Part shown: positions 33,801 through 46,162 of the stretch, in pieces
How positions within the stretch are numbered: position 1 is the stretch's first letter
Layout: each line of letters starts with the position of its first letter
Source of the DNA: Macrostomum lignano
Taxonomy: Eukaryota
Reading direction: 5' to 3'
NCBI GenBank assembly: GCA_002269645.1
Contig: NIVC01004075.1
Span: 1-61,729 of the forward strand
Length of the DNA stretch: 61,729 bases
The notes under the pieces: model-generated
The model's database searches: none
What the model was told of the DNA's origin: nothing
Seen by the model: only the letters and a program-made list of their open reading frames with translations
Made by a program: the position numbers and the translations under genes

Positions 33801-36800
33801 GGGAACGATAATGTCGACATTGTTAGCCGTGCTGCGCCGCTTGAACTGGCTCTTTGCCTGCAAATTTTCAGGGGATATTTTAATATATAGATTCTCAATG
33901 AGAGGTGATTAACTCTAAATAAAACAGGGAAGTAAGTTCTCTGACCTTGACCATATATTCAACCCGGCTGTGAGCGTGCCGCTCCACAACTGACTCGACC
34001 CAAATAAGCGGCTTTACCTGAAGTTGAGGGGTAAAAATAATACAATGGATAGTATTGCAGTTTTATTAAAGCCTTGCGCGTAAGTAATAATAGGCTAATC
34101 TAGACGATACAGTATGTCGGTAACCAGCCAATATATTGCGGTTAGTTGTTACTGAACCTCCTACTGCATACTACTAATAAGTAGTTTACTAAATACCTGA
34201 TTTCAGCCTTCTGTTGATAATTAGCTTGCTCTTAAAATATTCCAAGTTAAAGGTGATAGTAAAGCAGGAGTGCTAAAATTCTGCGACAGATATTACAGAA
34301 GCAGCTATTAATATTTCATAGTAAAATGACAGCTAGTGACAACCTGACCCTTTTACGGACCCTTGGAGGGCTGGGATTCAGATTCCGAAGTGTTGGGATT
34401 CAGATTCCGAAGTGTTGGGATTCAGGTTCTGAAGGGCTGGGATTCAGATTCCGAAGTGCTGGGATTCAGGTTCTGAAGGGCTGGGATTCAGGTTCTGAAG
34501 TGTTGGGATTCAGGTTCTGAAGGGCTAGGATTCAGGTCTGAAGTGCTGGGATTCAGGTCTGAAGTGCTGGGATTCAGGTTCTGAAGGGCTAGGATTCAGG
34601 TTCTGAAGGGCTAGGATTCAGGTCTGAAGTGCTGGGATTCAGGTTCTGAAGGGCTAGGATTCAGGTCTGAAGTGCTGGGATTCAGGTTCTGAAGGACTAG
34701 GATTCAGGTCTGAAGTGCTGGGATTCAGGTTCTGAAGGGCTAGGATTCAGGTTGTGAAGAGCTAGGATTCAGGTTCTGAAGTGCTGGGATTCAGGTTCTG
34801 AAGTGCTGGGATTCAGGTTCTGAAGGGCTGGGATTCAGATTCTGAAGTGTTGGGATTCAGGTTCTGAAGGACTAGGATTCAGGTCTGAAGTGCTGGGATT
34901 CAGGTTATGAAGTGCTGGGGTGTAGGTTCTGAAGTGTTGGGATTCAGGTTCTGAAGGGCTAGGATTCAGGTTGTGAAGAGCTAGGATTCAGGTTCTGAAG
35001 TGCTGGGATTCAGGTTCTGAAGTGCTGGGATTCAGGTTCTGAAGGGCTGGGATTCAGATTCTGAAGTGTTGGGATTCAGGTTCTGAAGGGCTAGGATTCA
35101 GGTCTGAAGGGCTGGGATTCAGATTCCGAAGTGCTGGGATTCAGGTTCTGAAGGGCTAGGATTCAGGTTCTGAAGTGTTGGGATTCAGGTTCTGAAGGGC
35201 TAGGATTCAGATTCCGAAGTGTTGGGATTCAGGTTCTGAAGGGCTAGGATTCAGGTTCTGAAGTGTTGGGATTCAGGTTCTGAAGTGTTGGGATTCAGGT
35301 TCTGAAGTGCTGGGATTCAGGTTCTGAAGGGCTAGGATTCAGGTCTGAAGTGCTGGGATTCAGGTTATGAAGTGCTGGGGTGTAGGTTCTGAAGTGTTGG
35401 GATTCAGGTTCTGAAGGGCTAGGATTCAGGTTGTGAAGAGCTAGGATTCAGGTTCTGAAGTGCTGGGATTCAGGTTCTGAAGTGCTGGGATTCAGGTTCT
35501 GAAGTGTTGGGATTCAGGTTCTGAAGTGCTGGGATTCAGGTTCTGAAGTGTTGGGATTCAGGTTCTGAAGTGTTGGGATTCAGGTTCTGAAGTGCTGGGA
35601 TTCAGGTTCTGAAGTGCTGGGATTCAGGTTCTGAAGTGTTGGGATTCAGGTTCTGAAGGGCTAGGATTCAGGTTGTGAAGAGCTAGGATTCAGGTTCTGA
35701 AGTGCTGGGATTCAGGTGCTGGGATTCAGGTGCTGGGATTCAGATGCTGGGATTCAGGTTCTGAAGTGCTGGGATTCAGGTGCTGGGATTCAGGTGCTGG
35801 GATTCAGGTGCTGAAGGAATGGCATTCCTGAAGGACCCGAGCTGAGATTTCTGAAGGATCCGAGTCGTAGAAGATAGGAGAGATAAATTCGACACAGTAC
35901 GAAAGTAGGGCAAATAAAGCACAATAAAATCAAACCAAATATAATATAGAATTGCTAAGCAGCCATGCATCTAGAAAGAAATAACTGTGTCAGCGTGGCG
36001 GCAGTGGTAACGAAAACAACACGGACAGCGATAGTAACTGACAAGCTTACACCGTTTCCATGAAATACGTGATGCGAGCCCTGCACCGAAGGGATATTTT
36101 TTAGTTTTTATCATTCCTTTAGACTGGGATTTTGTAAACATGTTTATAACAATAGGAGGCAATCGCACCGTCACCTCAGCGTGGCTAAGCCAGTGGGTAA
36201 AACACACGCACGCTCACACAGAGTGTACAGCACCTTTTGACTTTCCAATCGCCAGGCATGTACACTCTGTACAGGCAAGTTAAGCAGCTTGCTAGTCGAG
36301 TAGCAGCCCCACTCCCAGACTGAGTGATCAACCTCTGCTCACGAAGGCGGTGAGCTCAGATTCTGATCCGCGGACTACTCACGTGGGTGTTGAGCCGGTA
36401 GGACATGAGCTCGAACTCGCCATCCGGGGGCACGAATGAAATTGTCCGGTCCGATTCGAAGCGGGACAGGCGGACGCACTGGTGAAATTTGACGTCCTCC
36501 AGCTCCACGGACTTGTTGCGGCCTCCTGGGGCGGATTGGGGGCAAGGCGGGGTTAGCTGCGGCTGTTACTGGCAGGACTCGGTTGCGGATATAATGTGCC
36601 GGCAAAAACAGGGTTAATAGGGATAATGTCCGATCACAGAGTCTGGGGTTGGGAGAGTGGGATAATGCCCGATCACAGAGTCTGGGCTTGAGAGAGTGGG
36701 ATAATGCCCGATCAGAGTCTGGGTTGAGAGAGTGGGATAATGCCCGATCACAGAGTCTGGGCTTGAGATAGAGAGTGGGATACTGCCCGATCACAGAGTC

Positions 36801-38712
36801 TGGGGTTGAGAGAGAGAGTGGGATAATGCCCGATCACAGAGTCTGGGGTTGAGAGAGTGGGATAATGCCCGATCACAGAGTCTGGGGTTGAGAGAGTGGG
36901 ATACTGCCCGATCACAGAGTCTGGGGTTGAGAGAGTGGGATACTGCCCGATCACAGAGTCTGGGGTTGAGAGAGTGGGATAATGCCCGATCACAGAGTCT
37001 GGGCTTGAGAGAGTGGGATAATTCCCGATCACAGAGTCTGGGCTTGAGAGAGAGAGAGAGTGGGATAATGCCCGATCACAGAGCCTGGGGTTGAGAGAGA
37101 GTGGGATAATACCCGACCACAGAGTCTGGGCTTGAGAGAGAGAGAGTGGGATAATGCCCGATCACAGAGTCTGGGGTTGAGAGAGTGGGATAATACCCGA
37201 CCACAGAGTCTGGGCTTGAGAGAGAGAGAGTGGGATAATGCCCGATCACAGAGCCTGGGGTTGAGAGAGAGTGGGATAATGCCCGATCACAGAGCCTGGG
37301 GTTGAGAGAGAGTGGGATAATGCCCGATCACAGAGCCTGGGGTTGAGAGAGAGTGGGATAATGCCCGATCACAGAGTCTGGAGTTGAGAGAGAGTGGGAT
37401 AATGCCCGATCACAGAGTCTGGAGTTGAGAGAGAGTGGGATAATGCCCGATCACAGAGTCTGGAGTTGAGAGAGAGTGGGATAATGCCCGATCACAGAGT
37501 CTGGAGTTGAGAGAGAGTAGGACAATGCCCGATCACAATCCGTAGTTAAATTTCAACAATCTATACCGGAAAAACAAGCTTAAAAAGTTCAGATGGACTC
37601 GAAACTCCGCGCTCGAATGCTTACTTCCTGTGGACTCGAACAGCACTTTATCGTTGAGGCCCAACTGCAGTTCGGGCATACCGCTCAGGTAGGTGCGCAA
37701 ATTAATGAAGCCATTAATTTCGCTTTGCAGCACGTTGCCGGACGCGCTGACAAGCAGGTTGACATTCTCGATGACGTCGAGGAAAACTTCATTTTTGCGA
37801 TACTTGATACCGTCGGGGCGCCAGGACACCTGAGGTTGCGCGGGTTGGGGTGGGTGAGGCGGGTCTGTCAGGTAGTTGCTATTGCGCAGATTAAGGGTGA
37901 AATTAGCAAGTGGCTCAGCTATTCAGCTGTATTTGCTAGCCTTTCAAGGCAACAGCCGTCCCATAGATAGCAAGGAGGCCTGCAGTCATGCCCCGAGTAC
38001 CTGCGTGCACACGGGTTACGTAGGACGCAGGTGTACACTCACACAAGGATGTACAGCGGCTCTGACTTTCTATACTGTGCTTCGAGGGAGGGAGGAGGGC
38101 TATTGGACGGAATAGTAGTCACGTGACTGCTCTCAGCCAGGGTTGGTCCTTACAGTAAATCGCAAGACTTAAGCTCATGAGAATCTATGCAAGTTGAGGT
38201 GTTTAAGACAATTTGATGTCAAAAGTAGTTGGAATAGAAACTGTCACCTGATTAGTGATGGCCGGGGGAGGCTTCGGCGCCACCTCCAGCTTGTGACACT
38301 CCTGCGTGATGTACTCCTGCAGGATGCGGGTATCTGTAGTCTGTGGGAACCCGAAATCCATCACCTCGTCTAGCAGCTCGTAGATAATAACAAAATTGTC
38401 TCTAATACTCTCCTCCTCGAGATCTTTGAAGTATTCGATGAATATTGATGCGACCTTGTGCAGGAAAGTGAATACTAAACTTGCATTGGCATTCTTTCTT
38501 GTAGTGGCCACGATGTACACATTGCTGTGCTTGATGTACAAAAAGTAGACCTCTTCGCAGGGCAGTATTGGCTGCAGGGTGCCATCTTCTTCGCGTTCCA
38601 TCAGCAATGGCATGAACTTCTCAATGACAGACATGGGAACATCGCCGCGATAGTTACGACTAATTAATACTTTGCCTTTAATGTCTAGGAAATAAATAGC
38701 TGAGGCAGACAT
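30861..38712 (-). CDS. AP1M1: AP-1 adaptor complex mu subunit, 422 aa, 7 exons (38712-38248, 37829-37625, 36525-36383, 34017-33946, 33857-33768, 31686-31492, 30959-30861)
   Basis: In-frame GT-AG joins give MSASAIYFLDIKGKVLISRNYRGD...VSWRPDGIKYRKNEVFLDV...KSVELEDVKFHQCVRLSRF...SGYQALPWVRYITQNGDYQLRSQ*. Confidence 0.97.
31050..31430. repeat. ~29-bp minisatellite (GATGGGGTGGTGGCGTGACCTTGAGATCC), AP1M intron 6
   Basis: Tandem units with truncated variants. Confidence 0.88.
31742..33740. repeat. 15-bp minisatellite (GGGAAGAATGGGGAC), ~130 copies with variants, AP1M intron 5
   Basis: Period 15, occasional 14-bp units, recurring variant blocks. Confidence 0.97.
34370..35820. repeat. 21-22-bp minisatellite (GGGATTCAGGTTCTGAAGTGCT), AP1M intron 3
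   Basis: Tandem units that collapse to GGGATTCAGGTGCT at the right end. Confidence 0.95.
36620..37535. repeat. 39-45-bp minisatellite (GAGAGTGGGATAATGCCCGATCACAGAGTCTGGGGTTGA), AP1M intron 2
   Basis: Unit length varies through an embedded (GA)n. Confidence 0.95.
38118..38127. promoter_or_regulatory. CLEAR/E-box palindrome GTCACGTGAC in AP1M intron 1
   Basis: Perfect 10-mer (12-bp palindrome AGTCACGTGACT), ~120 bp past exon 1. Confidence 0.5.
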
Positions 38713-41608
38713 TATGCCAGGATGAATTAGGTCATAAGGGTTAACAATTGCTGAAATTTTGGAAAGTTAAATTTATTTGTATTAAACTATATAAAAAATT
38801 GTATACTAAACTCATAAGTTATATAACTTGATAACTTAATTGCACCATTTAAACAATTAATTGCACCATTTAAACAATTAATTGCACCATTTAATCGCAC
38901 CTAATATTCAACATTTAAACCATAATAGATTTTCAACAAAATAATCAAATATTTGATAAAGCTTAGAGTTTAGACTTAGAACTTAATTTTTAAGACAAAT
39001 TTTAATAATGAAATGTTGTATTATAGCAACTATTGTGTTCAGATGAAAATTTAAAATGTTAAAGTTTTATTCTTTTATATTGTAGAAAACTAGTGATTAG
39101 TACCATAACACATTACTAGATATCTTATGAAATGATGTATCAGAACAAATCAGCTTTTGTAATTGTAGCTCGTATTAGTACTGCATTATCTTCACTTTAT
39201 AATTATTAAACTCTTCAAAACTTTTATAGATTAAAAATATCAATTTAAGTTGGTTTATATTAATTGACTCCTTACTTTAGGGCACTTACAATTTCAAAGA
39301 AAATATTTTTAAAATAGATCGATATGATTGTTGTCAATTTTTTAGACAATATTGAAAGTAGTTTCCAAGAAAAATGTGCGATTTAATTTTCATGCAAAAA
39401 TTCCGTGGTACTTTATAACAAAATTTCTTTTTTATTCCTACTTTTATTAGTGCTTCACTTTAAAAGTAGGAATCACTCTGTTTTAAATACGACAGCTGAT
39501 TGCTTTTAAAAACGCATGAGCTCAATGACAACAGCAACGACGACAAACAACAATTATGAAAATGGTGCAATTCATTCACGACACGATCAAGACCTAGCGT
39601 TCAAATTGTTCGAATTAAATCAAAGCTTTTAATAGTTTTGTATCCCTTTGCTAAGGCCCTTAACAAACTAGATGAGAGACTTTACAAGTATTTATTTGAG
39701 TGGAATCTGACATTGTCATTGACAATGACAGTAATAATATGGACAGGCCACACAGATGACAGCTTGGGGGGGGGGCAACCTAATACTAACTAGGGCCTAG
39801 GCCTTTCCAAAAGCAGTGGCCACATCCCACATCTCGACACCTATTTGCGCCATTAAACATATATACTTTAATTGAAATTGAAATTCATTTTAATTCAATC
39901 ATTTTTTAATCAAATGGCTTAATTTGTATTAGGTAATTAGGACTAAGCTTTTAGTTATTTTTGCTGGCAGGCTCTAGTTGACATAGGTCTATAGACTATA
40001 GTTTAATTTCTTTAGTTAATTTATTTCATAAGGCCTATTATCTACAATACTTATTTACCTATTAATATAAACTAGATTTAAGGTATACAAGCTCATTGCA
40101 AAGCTATGCTTTGGCAAATGCATGGCATATTTATAATTAAATTAAATACATTAGTTATATCAATATAAATTAATTACTTGGTCCCTACCTTTAGAGGTGG
40201 ATATTTTAGTAAAATGTTTTTTAGTAGTACAACTAGGCTTAGAGTCAGAGACAGTTGCTAACTCTTATTAGATAAAAACATAAAAATCATAGGGAGGACC
40301 AAGCAAATGTTTGCCAAAAATGCCATTCCTTTAGGGCTTTACCCTCTATAATCTACCCCCTTAACAAATTTCTAGTTGTGCTATTATGTCTTTTAACAAT
40401 ATCCTTTTTTAGTTTGCATATTATTATTTTGCTAAATATTTAATTCAAGTAGGCCTAATAGGGCCTATAGTTTACCCTTTATAGCATAATAAAATATTGA
40501 TTAAATTTTAATAAATAATGTTATAATTTACTTGCCCTAGCCTTTAAATTCCCAAATAGGAATCAAAACTGGTTTTTAATGATAATTAAAATTGAGTTTT
40601 TTTACATTTTAAATTGAATTTGAAATTCATAAAACTATTATTAATAATTCCATTGTAATAATATAATTTGTATATTGAATTATTTGATACATGCTATTTT
40701 AAAAGGATAAAATCTTGATTTGTAAGGTAATACACCTAGAAGGCTCAAAGTCTAAACCAAAAAGACTCTAGATAAAATTAGAGACATATGATATATACTA
40801 TGCAGACCTTATGGGATACATAGAACTTAGATGTGCAGATATTTAGACTAAGACCATCAAAGAAATAGATGGGAACTAAGAACCAATAAAAGCAAGGATA
40901 GGATATAGATTGCTATTTGTTGATATCCTAAGCATTTAATTTAGCCTTTAAGGGATTTATGGATCTAAAAAGCATATTGTACAAAATCCTGATAGACAAA
41001 CAAAGGAAATTTTAAGTTTGTTTTAGTTAGTCTATAGGTCTAAACTTTAGTCCATAGTCACCACTGCAACACTATTTTGGCATTTGCTTCTTTTTGTTTA
41101 TCAAGTCTGAGATTTACTTTCCCTCTTTTCTTTTTTTAGCCTTTCTATTTCCTCTCTATTCTTTTGTCCCAAATCTCTCTCTTAGTGTAGGTCTAATTAT
41201 CTTAAATCATTCTAATTTTTGTGGCATCTTTATCTTTTTTCCATTCAATTTAAAAAATGGGAAATTGGAATTAAAATTCTATCTATCTCTAATTTGTACT
41301 TAATACTATATTATTTTATGATTAGTATTATTTGTAACAGCCTAACATTATAATTTAGCATGAGCCATTATTTCAAACCCTACAATAAAGCAAATCACTT
41401 TGTCCTGGAATTTTTAACCCATACATGGTTTTTACATGCTATAAAATGTCTTTATAATATTGAATTATCATTAGTGGTGGTGAGGGTTATTTAGATGGGA
41501 CCAACATCCCAGGTTTTTTGGGATGATGAAATATTAAAAATATCTTCTATGAATTCGATGCCTCACTCTTAACCCCTGTCTACAATATGATAAACAAAAT
41601 TTTGCCCC

Positions 41609-42808
41609 ATGCAGTCACGAGTGGCCTCCACCAGCTGCTATTTGGTGGCAGCGGCTGCCTGTCGGCCAGCAGCACTGCCAGGCTGCAGACTGCTACTGCA
41701 GCCTTCCAAGCGGCTTCCTCATTGTAGCAGAATCTGCTTTCAGCGTAACCTAGCAACTGGGAATTCTACCGCTACCAGCGCCGCGGCAGGGGTGCTGTCG
41801 GAGACTCAGCTCGGTGTCTACCTACCTGCTCCTGAGGGCCTGGTGAACGCCAAGATTTCGGCAGGCGTTGATCCCAGCCTGGCCGAGCTGGGATTGGCCA
41901 CCAGCGCGTGGCCAGCCGATCTGGTCCAGCGCACTCTGGAATGGCTTCACTGCTCAGCCGAGCTGCCCTGGTGGGCCGGCATCACGGCATTCGTAGTCAG
42001 CGCACGCATTCTCCTGTTCCCCGTCATGGTGATGCACAGGCGCAACTGTAATCTCTACATTAACGCCCTGTCGTCGCAGCAAACCCAGACAGCGACGCTG
42101 CTGCAGGCGGTGAAAGCCGGCCGAATGGAGGAGGCCGAATGGCTGCAGAAGCAGCTAACTGACCAGATGCACAAGCAGACTTTGCCGCTGCTGAAACGCG
42201 TCATGGCCTGCCCGTTGCTGGCCTTCCTGCCCGTGTTTGGCAGCACTTTCTACGCGTTGAACCGGCTGTCCACCAGCGGCTTGCCCAGTCTGGAGTCCGG
42301 CGGCGCCTTCTGGTTTGCCGACCTCACCCTGCCGGATCCGTACCTAGGCCTGCCAGTGCTCAGCATAGCAACCACCTATGCTATGCTGCTGACTGGCTCG
42401 GAGATGCCTCAGTTAAACAAACTTCCCGGCTCAAAGTTCACCAAAACTCTGCTGTTTGGCCTGCCGCTGGTTGCCCTGCCTCTGGCTATGCACTTTAGCG
42501 CGGCCGTTGTGTACTTTTGGTCGTTAAACAACGTGCTATCGCTGGCGCAGGGTACGCTGTTGAAGCGACCAGGCGTCGCCAAGGCGCTGAACATCCCGCA
42601 GGTGAATATCGGCCGGGCCTTCTCCGGCGCCGGTGCCAATCCTTTAGCGGAATTTCGTGAAATTTTCGACGCCAAGCGCGGCTCCGAAATGCCGCGCGTG
42701 ATGGAGGAACAGATGCGGAATCTGCGCGACCAGCGGCAGCAGCAGCGGCAGCAGCAGCAGCAGAGTTCCGGGGTCAGCGATCGCAAAGAGTCATCTGGAA
42801 AGAATTAA
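41609..42808 (+). CDS. OXA1L: Mitochondrial inner-membrane insertase Oxa1 (YidC/Oxa1 family), 399 aa, intronless
   Basis: Presequence-like N-terminus; LPWWAGITAFVVSARILLFP; PSLESGGAFWFADLTLPDPY..LP; FWSLNNVLSLAQ..LL..P...LNIP; charged C-terminal tail, which favours Oxa1 over Cox18. Confidence 0.88.
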   Translation: MQSRVASTSCYLVAAAACRPAALPGCRLLLQPSKRLPHCSRICFQRNLATGNSTATSAAAGVLSETQLGVYLPAPEGLVNAKISAGVDPSLAELGLATSAWPADLVQRTLEWLHCSAELPWWAGITAFVVSARILLFPVMVMHRRNCNLYINALSSQQTQTATLLQAVKAGRMEEAEWLQKQLTDQMHKQTLPLLKRVMACPLLAFLPVFGSTFYALNRLSTSGLPSLESGGAFWFADLTLPDPYLGLPVLSIATTYAMLLTGSEMPQLNKLPGSKFTKTLLFGLPLVALPLAMHFSAAVVYFWSLNNVLSLAQGTLLKRPGVAKALNIPQVNIGRAFSGAGANPLAEFREIFDAKRGSEMPRVMEEQMRNLRDQRQQQRQQQQQSSGVSDRKESSGKN

Positions 42809-43183
42809 AAATACCGAGCTGCAAAATTGAAGCGCTAATTAGATGACGAAGCATTTTTATGACAATTAAAAAATAGTTACTCGCACCTTTTACCTTTTCA
42901 ATATTGTCTTTTGTAAAACTTGCTAGTGAAAATTTGTCAGTGTTCAAGCTTTGAATTGGAGCAATTTGAAAACTGTGTGTCTTTTTATACGTAGTTATAT
43001 TAAAATGATCTTAGAAGTTTCGTGAAAATTGGTTTCTTTATTCTTTTTTAAAATTTTCCATAGATTTGCCTCAGATGAGTAAATTGTGAATTTTTAAGTC
43101 CTCTTTGCTCCCGAAAAATATAGACAAATTCGCATTACAACGCTACTTTCAGTAGTAGTGTTGCAAAACCGCCGCCAGTTATA

Positions 43184-43933
43184 ATGCTTGCCACGGCAAC
43201 TTGGGTGGCGCGCTGTCGACACAGCCGCCTCAGCACCCCTTGCCGCTTCCATCGGTTGTTCTCCGGCGATGCGGCCCTCAACGCCGGTCTCTGCGTCCTG
43301 GCCGGCGCTGCCGCCTGCCTGACGCCGCCGTGGGCAGCCGTCACGCGTCGCGAATTGACCGCCCGCTGCGCCCACCTGACTGGCGGTGTCGCCGCTTTTG
43401 CCGACTGCGTCGACGCGCATCGAATAAAAAATCTGAGCGCCTACCGGCGTCGCCTGCAGGACTGCGAGCGGCACTGGGCCGGGTTCACTCGCCGCGCCGG
43501 CTACGCCGTGCTGCTGCACGTCGGCTGTCGGGCTGTCGCCGTCTCGACGGCCGCCGTCGCCGTGCAGCTGTTGGTGGAACCGGTGCTGAGCCTGGACAGT
43601 CAGGCAGTCTTGGCCCTGGCTGTTGGGGCCACCGCGTTCTGGCGACTGTTTCGTCTGGCCAGGCTGACCGGCCTGCAGTCGGCGCACCTGGTCTGCCCGC
43701 ACTATCCGCGCGCCGTCCAATTAGCCGCTCTGGCCTCCTCGGCGCCATATTTTCTTGCCTCCGGCGCTATTGGCGCCGTGTACGCCGCGCCGCCGCAGTT
43801 GGCGCTAATGCTAGGCGCGTTTCTAATCGGCCAGGCGGCAAAAGGCGCCATATTGGACACGGCTTGGGCGCGCCGGCGCTGGCGCCTGCCGGTATTTGCG
43901 TCCTGCCTGCGGAGAGCGCCAGCTGGGAGTTGA
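43184..43933 (+). CDS. Orphan multi-pass membrane protein, 249 aa, intronless
   Basis: GC-rich ORF between AT-rich spacers, in tandem with OXA1L and DPH3, with several hydrophobic Ala/Leu/Val segments. Family not recognised. Confidence 0.6.
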   Translation: MLATATWVARCRHSRLSTPCRFHRLFSGDAALNAGLCVLAGAAACLTPPWAAVTRRELTARCAHLTGGVAAFADCVDAHRIKNLSAYRRRLQDCERHWAGFTRRAGYAVLLHVGCRAVAVSTAAVAVQLLVEPVLSLDSQAVLALAVGATAFWRLFRLARLTGLQSAHLVCPHYPRAVQLAALASSAPYFLASGAIGAVYAAPPQLALMLGAFLIGQAAKGAILDTAWARRRWRLPVFASCLRRAPAGS

Positions 43934-43984
43934 GCTGCTTGTTTTGGAGATGCAGACTGCCGCCCTGTCTCGGGAGAAGCCGAG

Positions 43985-44094
43985 GGTTGTGGGATGGTAG
44001 CGGAGGTTGTGGGATGGTAGCGGAGGTTGTGGGATGGTAGCGGAGGTTGTGGGATGGTAGCGGAGGATGTGGGATGGTAGCGGAGGATGTGGGA
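43985..44094. repeat. 20-bp tandem repeat (GGTTGTGGGATGGTAGCGGA), ~5.5 copies
   Basis: Period 20, just 3' of the orphan gene. Confidence 0.9.
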
Positions 44095-44508
44095 TTGAGT
44101 ATAGCGGACGGTTCGGAAATAGGCTGTCACGCTGTAGTATGTATAGGATTGGCATTAGCAAGATGTCACAGTCATACTATGTAGATATTCTTCCCGTATT
44201 GTAGTTCATAGCCAAACAGTGACTTGCATTTTAATGGAGCCACACTTTAATTATGAATGTTTTGCAAAATTATTAATATTCAAAATACTCTTGTACGCAT
44301 CTTGTTTTTTAAACTGTTTTTTTTAAATTCTATATAGCACAATGTTTGCGCTACTGTTCTGGCAACAAAGACTCTTATATAAATAGCATTCCATATCTTC
44401 TCTATTTTATTTCAGAGCTAAAGCAAACAAAGCACCGTCTTAGTTCGCGTGTTTGCGCGTTAAATATAACAACATATAAAAAATACTACAGAAAACTAAA
44501 GGATCAAG

Positions 44509-44763
44509 ATGTCAGTGTACCACGACGAGATCGAGATTGAGGACATGGAGTGGTGCCAGGACGAGGCCAAGTTCTACTATCCGTGCCCGTGCGGCGACCA
44601 GTTCGAGATCAGCCTGGAGGAGCTGGAAGGCGGCGAGGACGTGGCCAAGTGCCCGTCCTGCTCACTGATCATCAGAGTCATATTTGAGGAGGCGGACCTG
44701 AACAGGCTGGTTGTTGGCGCCGCTCAGCTTGGCATTGGCAGCGCAGTCACTGCGAGCGCTTAA
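44509..44763 (+). CDS. DPH3: Diphthamide biosynthesis protein 3 (CSL zinc finger, Kti11)
   Basis: [10 protein letters not shown]...[34 protein letters not shown]. Confidence 0.96.
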   Translation: MSVYHDEIEIEDMEWCQDEAKFYYPCPCGDQFEISLEELEGGEDVAKCPSCSLIIRVIFEEADLNRLVVGAAQLGIGSAVTASA

Positions 44764-46162
44764 ATCTAATAATACAGTCCACTATTCTGGGATGTAGTAG
44801 CTAAATAACTAAAAATACGATCCGGACTGTTAAGCCATGGACGTCTGAGCCTGTCTGTGGACTGGAAGTACGGACTAAATTTTGAGTTTCATTGAGCTCG
44901 CTTTACAGTCTGTGGGTTTCGGATAATTGGGTCATAATACGTCGTAAAAATGACTCGCCGCTAACCGCTATTTACTCAAGGGACTGACTGGTCCAAGGCA
45001 TTACCAAAATGATCTATTAAGTTACGTCATTTACAGGCAAATTTTTTTCTGCTAAATAAATCATTTCGGCCGCAGTTCTATCTGTTCAGATAAAACCGAA
45101 GCATGTTCAGCAAGAACGAACGTCAGAGACAAATGCTTGTGGATTATAATAATGCATGGTTGTGGTTCTTTGTACATGATTATCAATAGACAGTATATTT
45201 ACTCATATGTGCAGAAGAAAAACAAGCTACAACTAATAGTAATTTACGATTATAATATTTGCAGTAGATTTACCGATGATGTTGCCGGAGACTGGCTGCA
45301 GTCTAATAGGAGTAACTAAACACAGAAAAAATGGATTCCAAAAAGCACTATATACACTGCCCGCTGGCAAGACCCGAAACCAGATACCAAAACTTTTGTA
45401 CACCTTGCTTGAAGCATACGAACTAAAAATCTGCCGAATTGTTATAATATAAAACACATGACCGAGCTTTAAACGTGTCAAAAAATATTTTTTGTTATCT
45501 GCTCTGTTAAGTTGTCAAAAAAAGTAATTTACGGAACACAGAAAGCTCACAGAGCCTTGCAGTCTTGAGTACTAAGGAAATAGATTTGTACATGACAAGA
45601 CGGAGCAGGTTATAAAAACGCAAAGTGAAGTGAAAAAATAAACAATATTATCTAACGCATGCAAAGTATATAGGACATCAGAGGGTGACCTTTAACTGTC
45701 ACTGACTGAATTCTATAATCTGCAGGTCAAGATGGGCACTCGGCTATGATAAAGCTTCTGGATATTCAATTTAGTTTGTTAAAATATAGTGAGCGTCAAT
45801 GCTTTCAAAAATTAGTACATAGTGTAAAAACAATTTAAATTGTTACCATATGCTTATTAACAACGATACTAACTACTTCAAGTAAACAAACGAGTAGCAA
45901 AATAAATCACTGACGAAAATAGTAAAAAATCGACTTTATCGACTGGGCTTATACACTCGCAATAGTAAAATTGATACTTAAAGCAAGCTGAAAACTTTAG
46001 TTATCCAATTGAGATAAGAAAAAATTCCTTAACAACCAATAGAACAATAATTACAAAACATTTATAAAGGAAAGTTAAACCCCAAACCTTGTAGTGTCCG
46101 CGAACCACTCCTGACAACCAGAGCGTAAACTCTGATCATCCAGGTGTCACAGACTCACTCAC

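Noticed and set aside
30973-33863. 600-930-aa Pro-rich ORFs
   Set aside because: They run through the 15-bp intronic array and only touch real AP1M exons; the spliced 422-aa model explains the coding signal.
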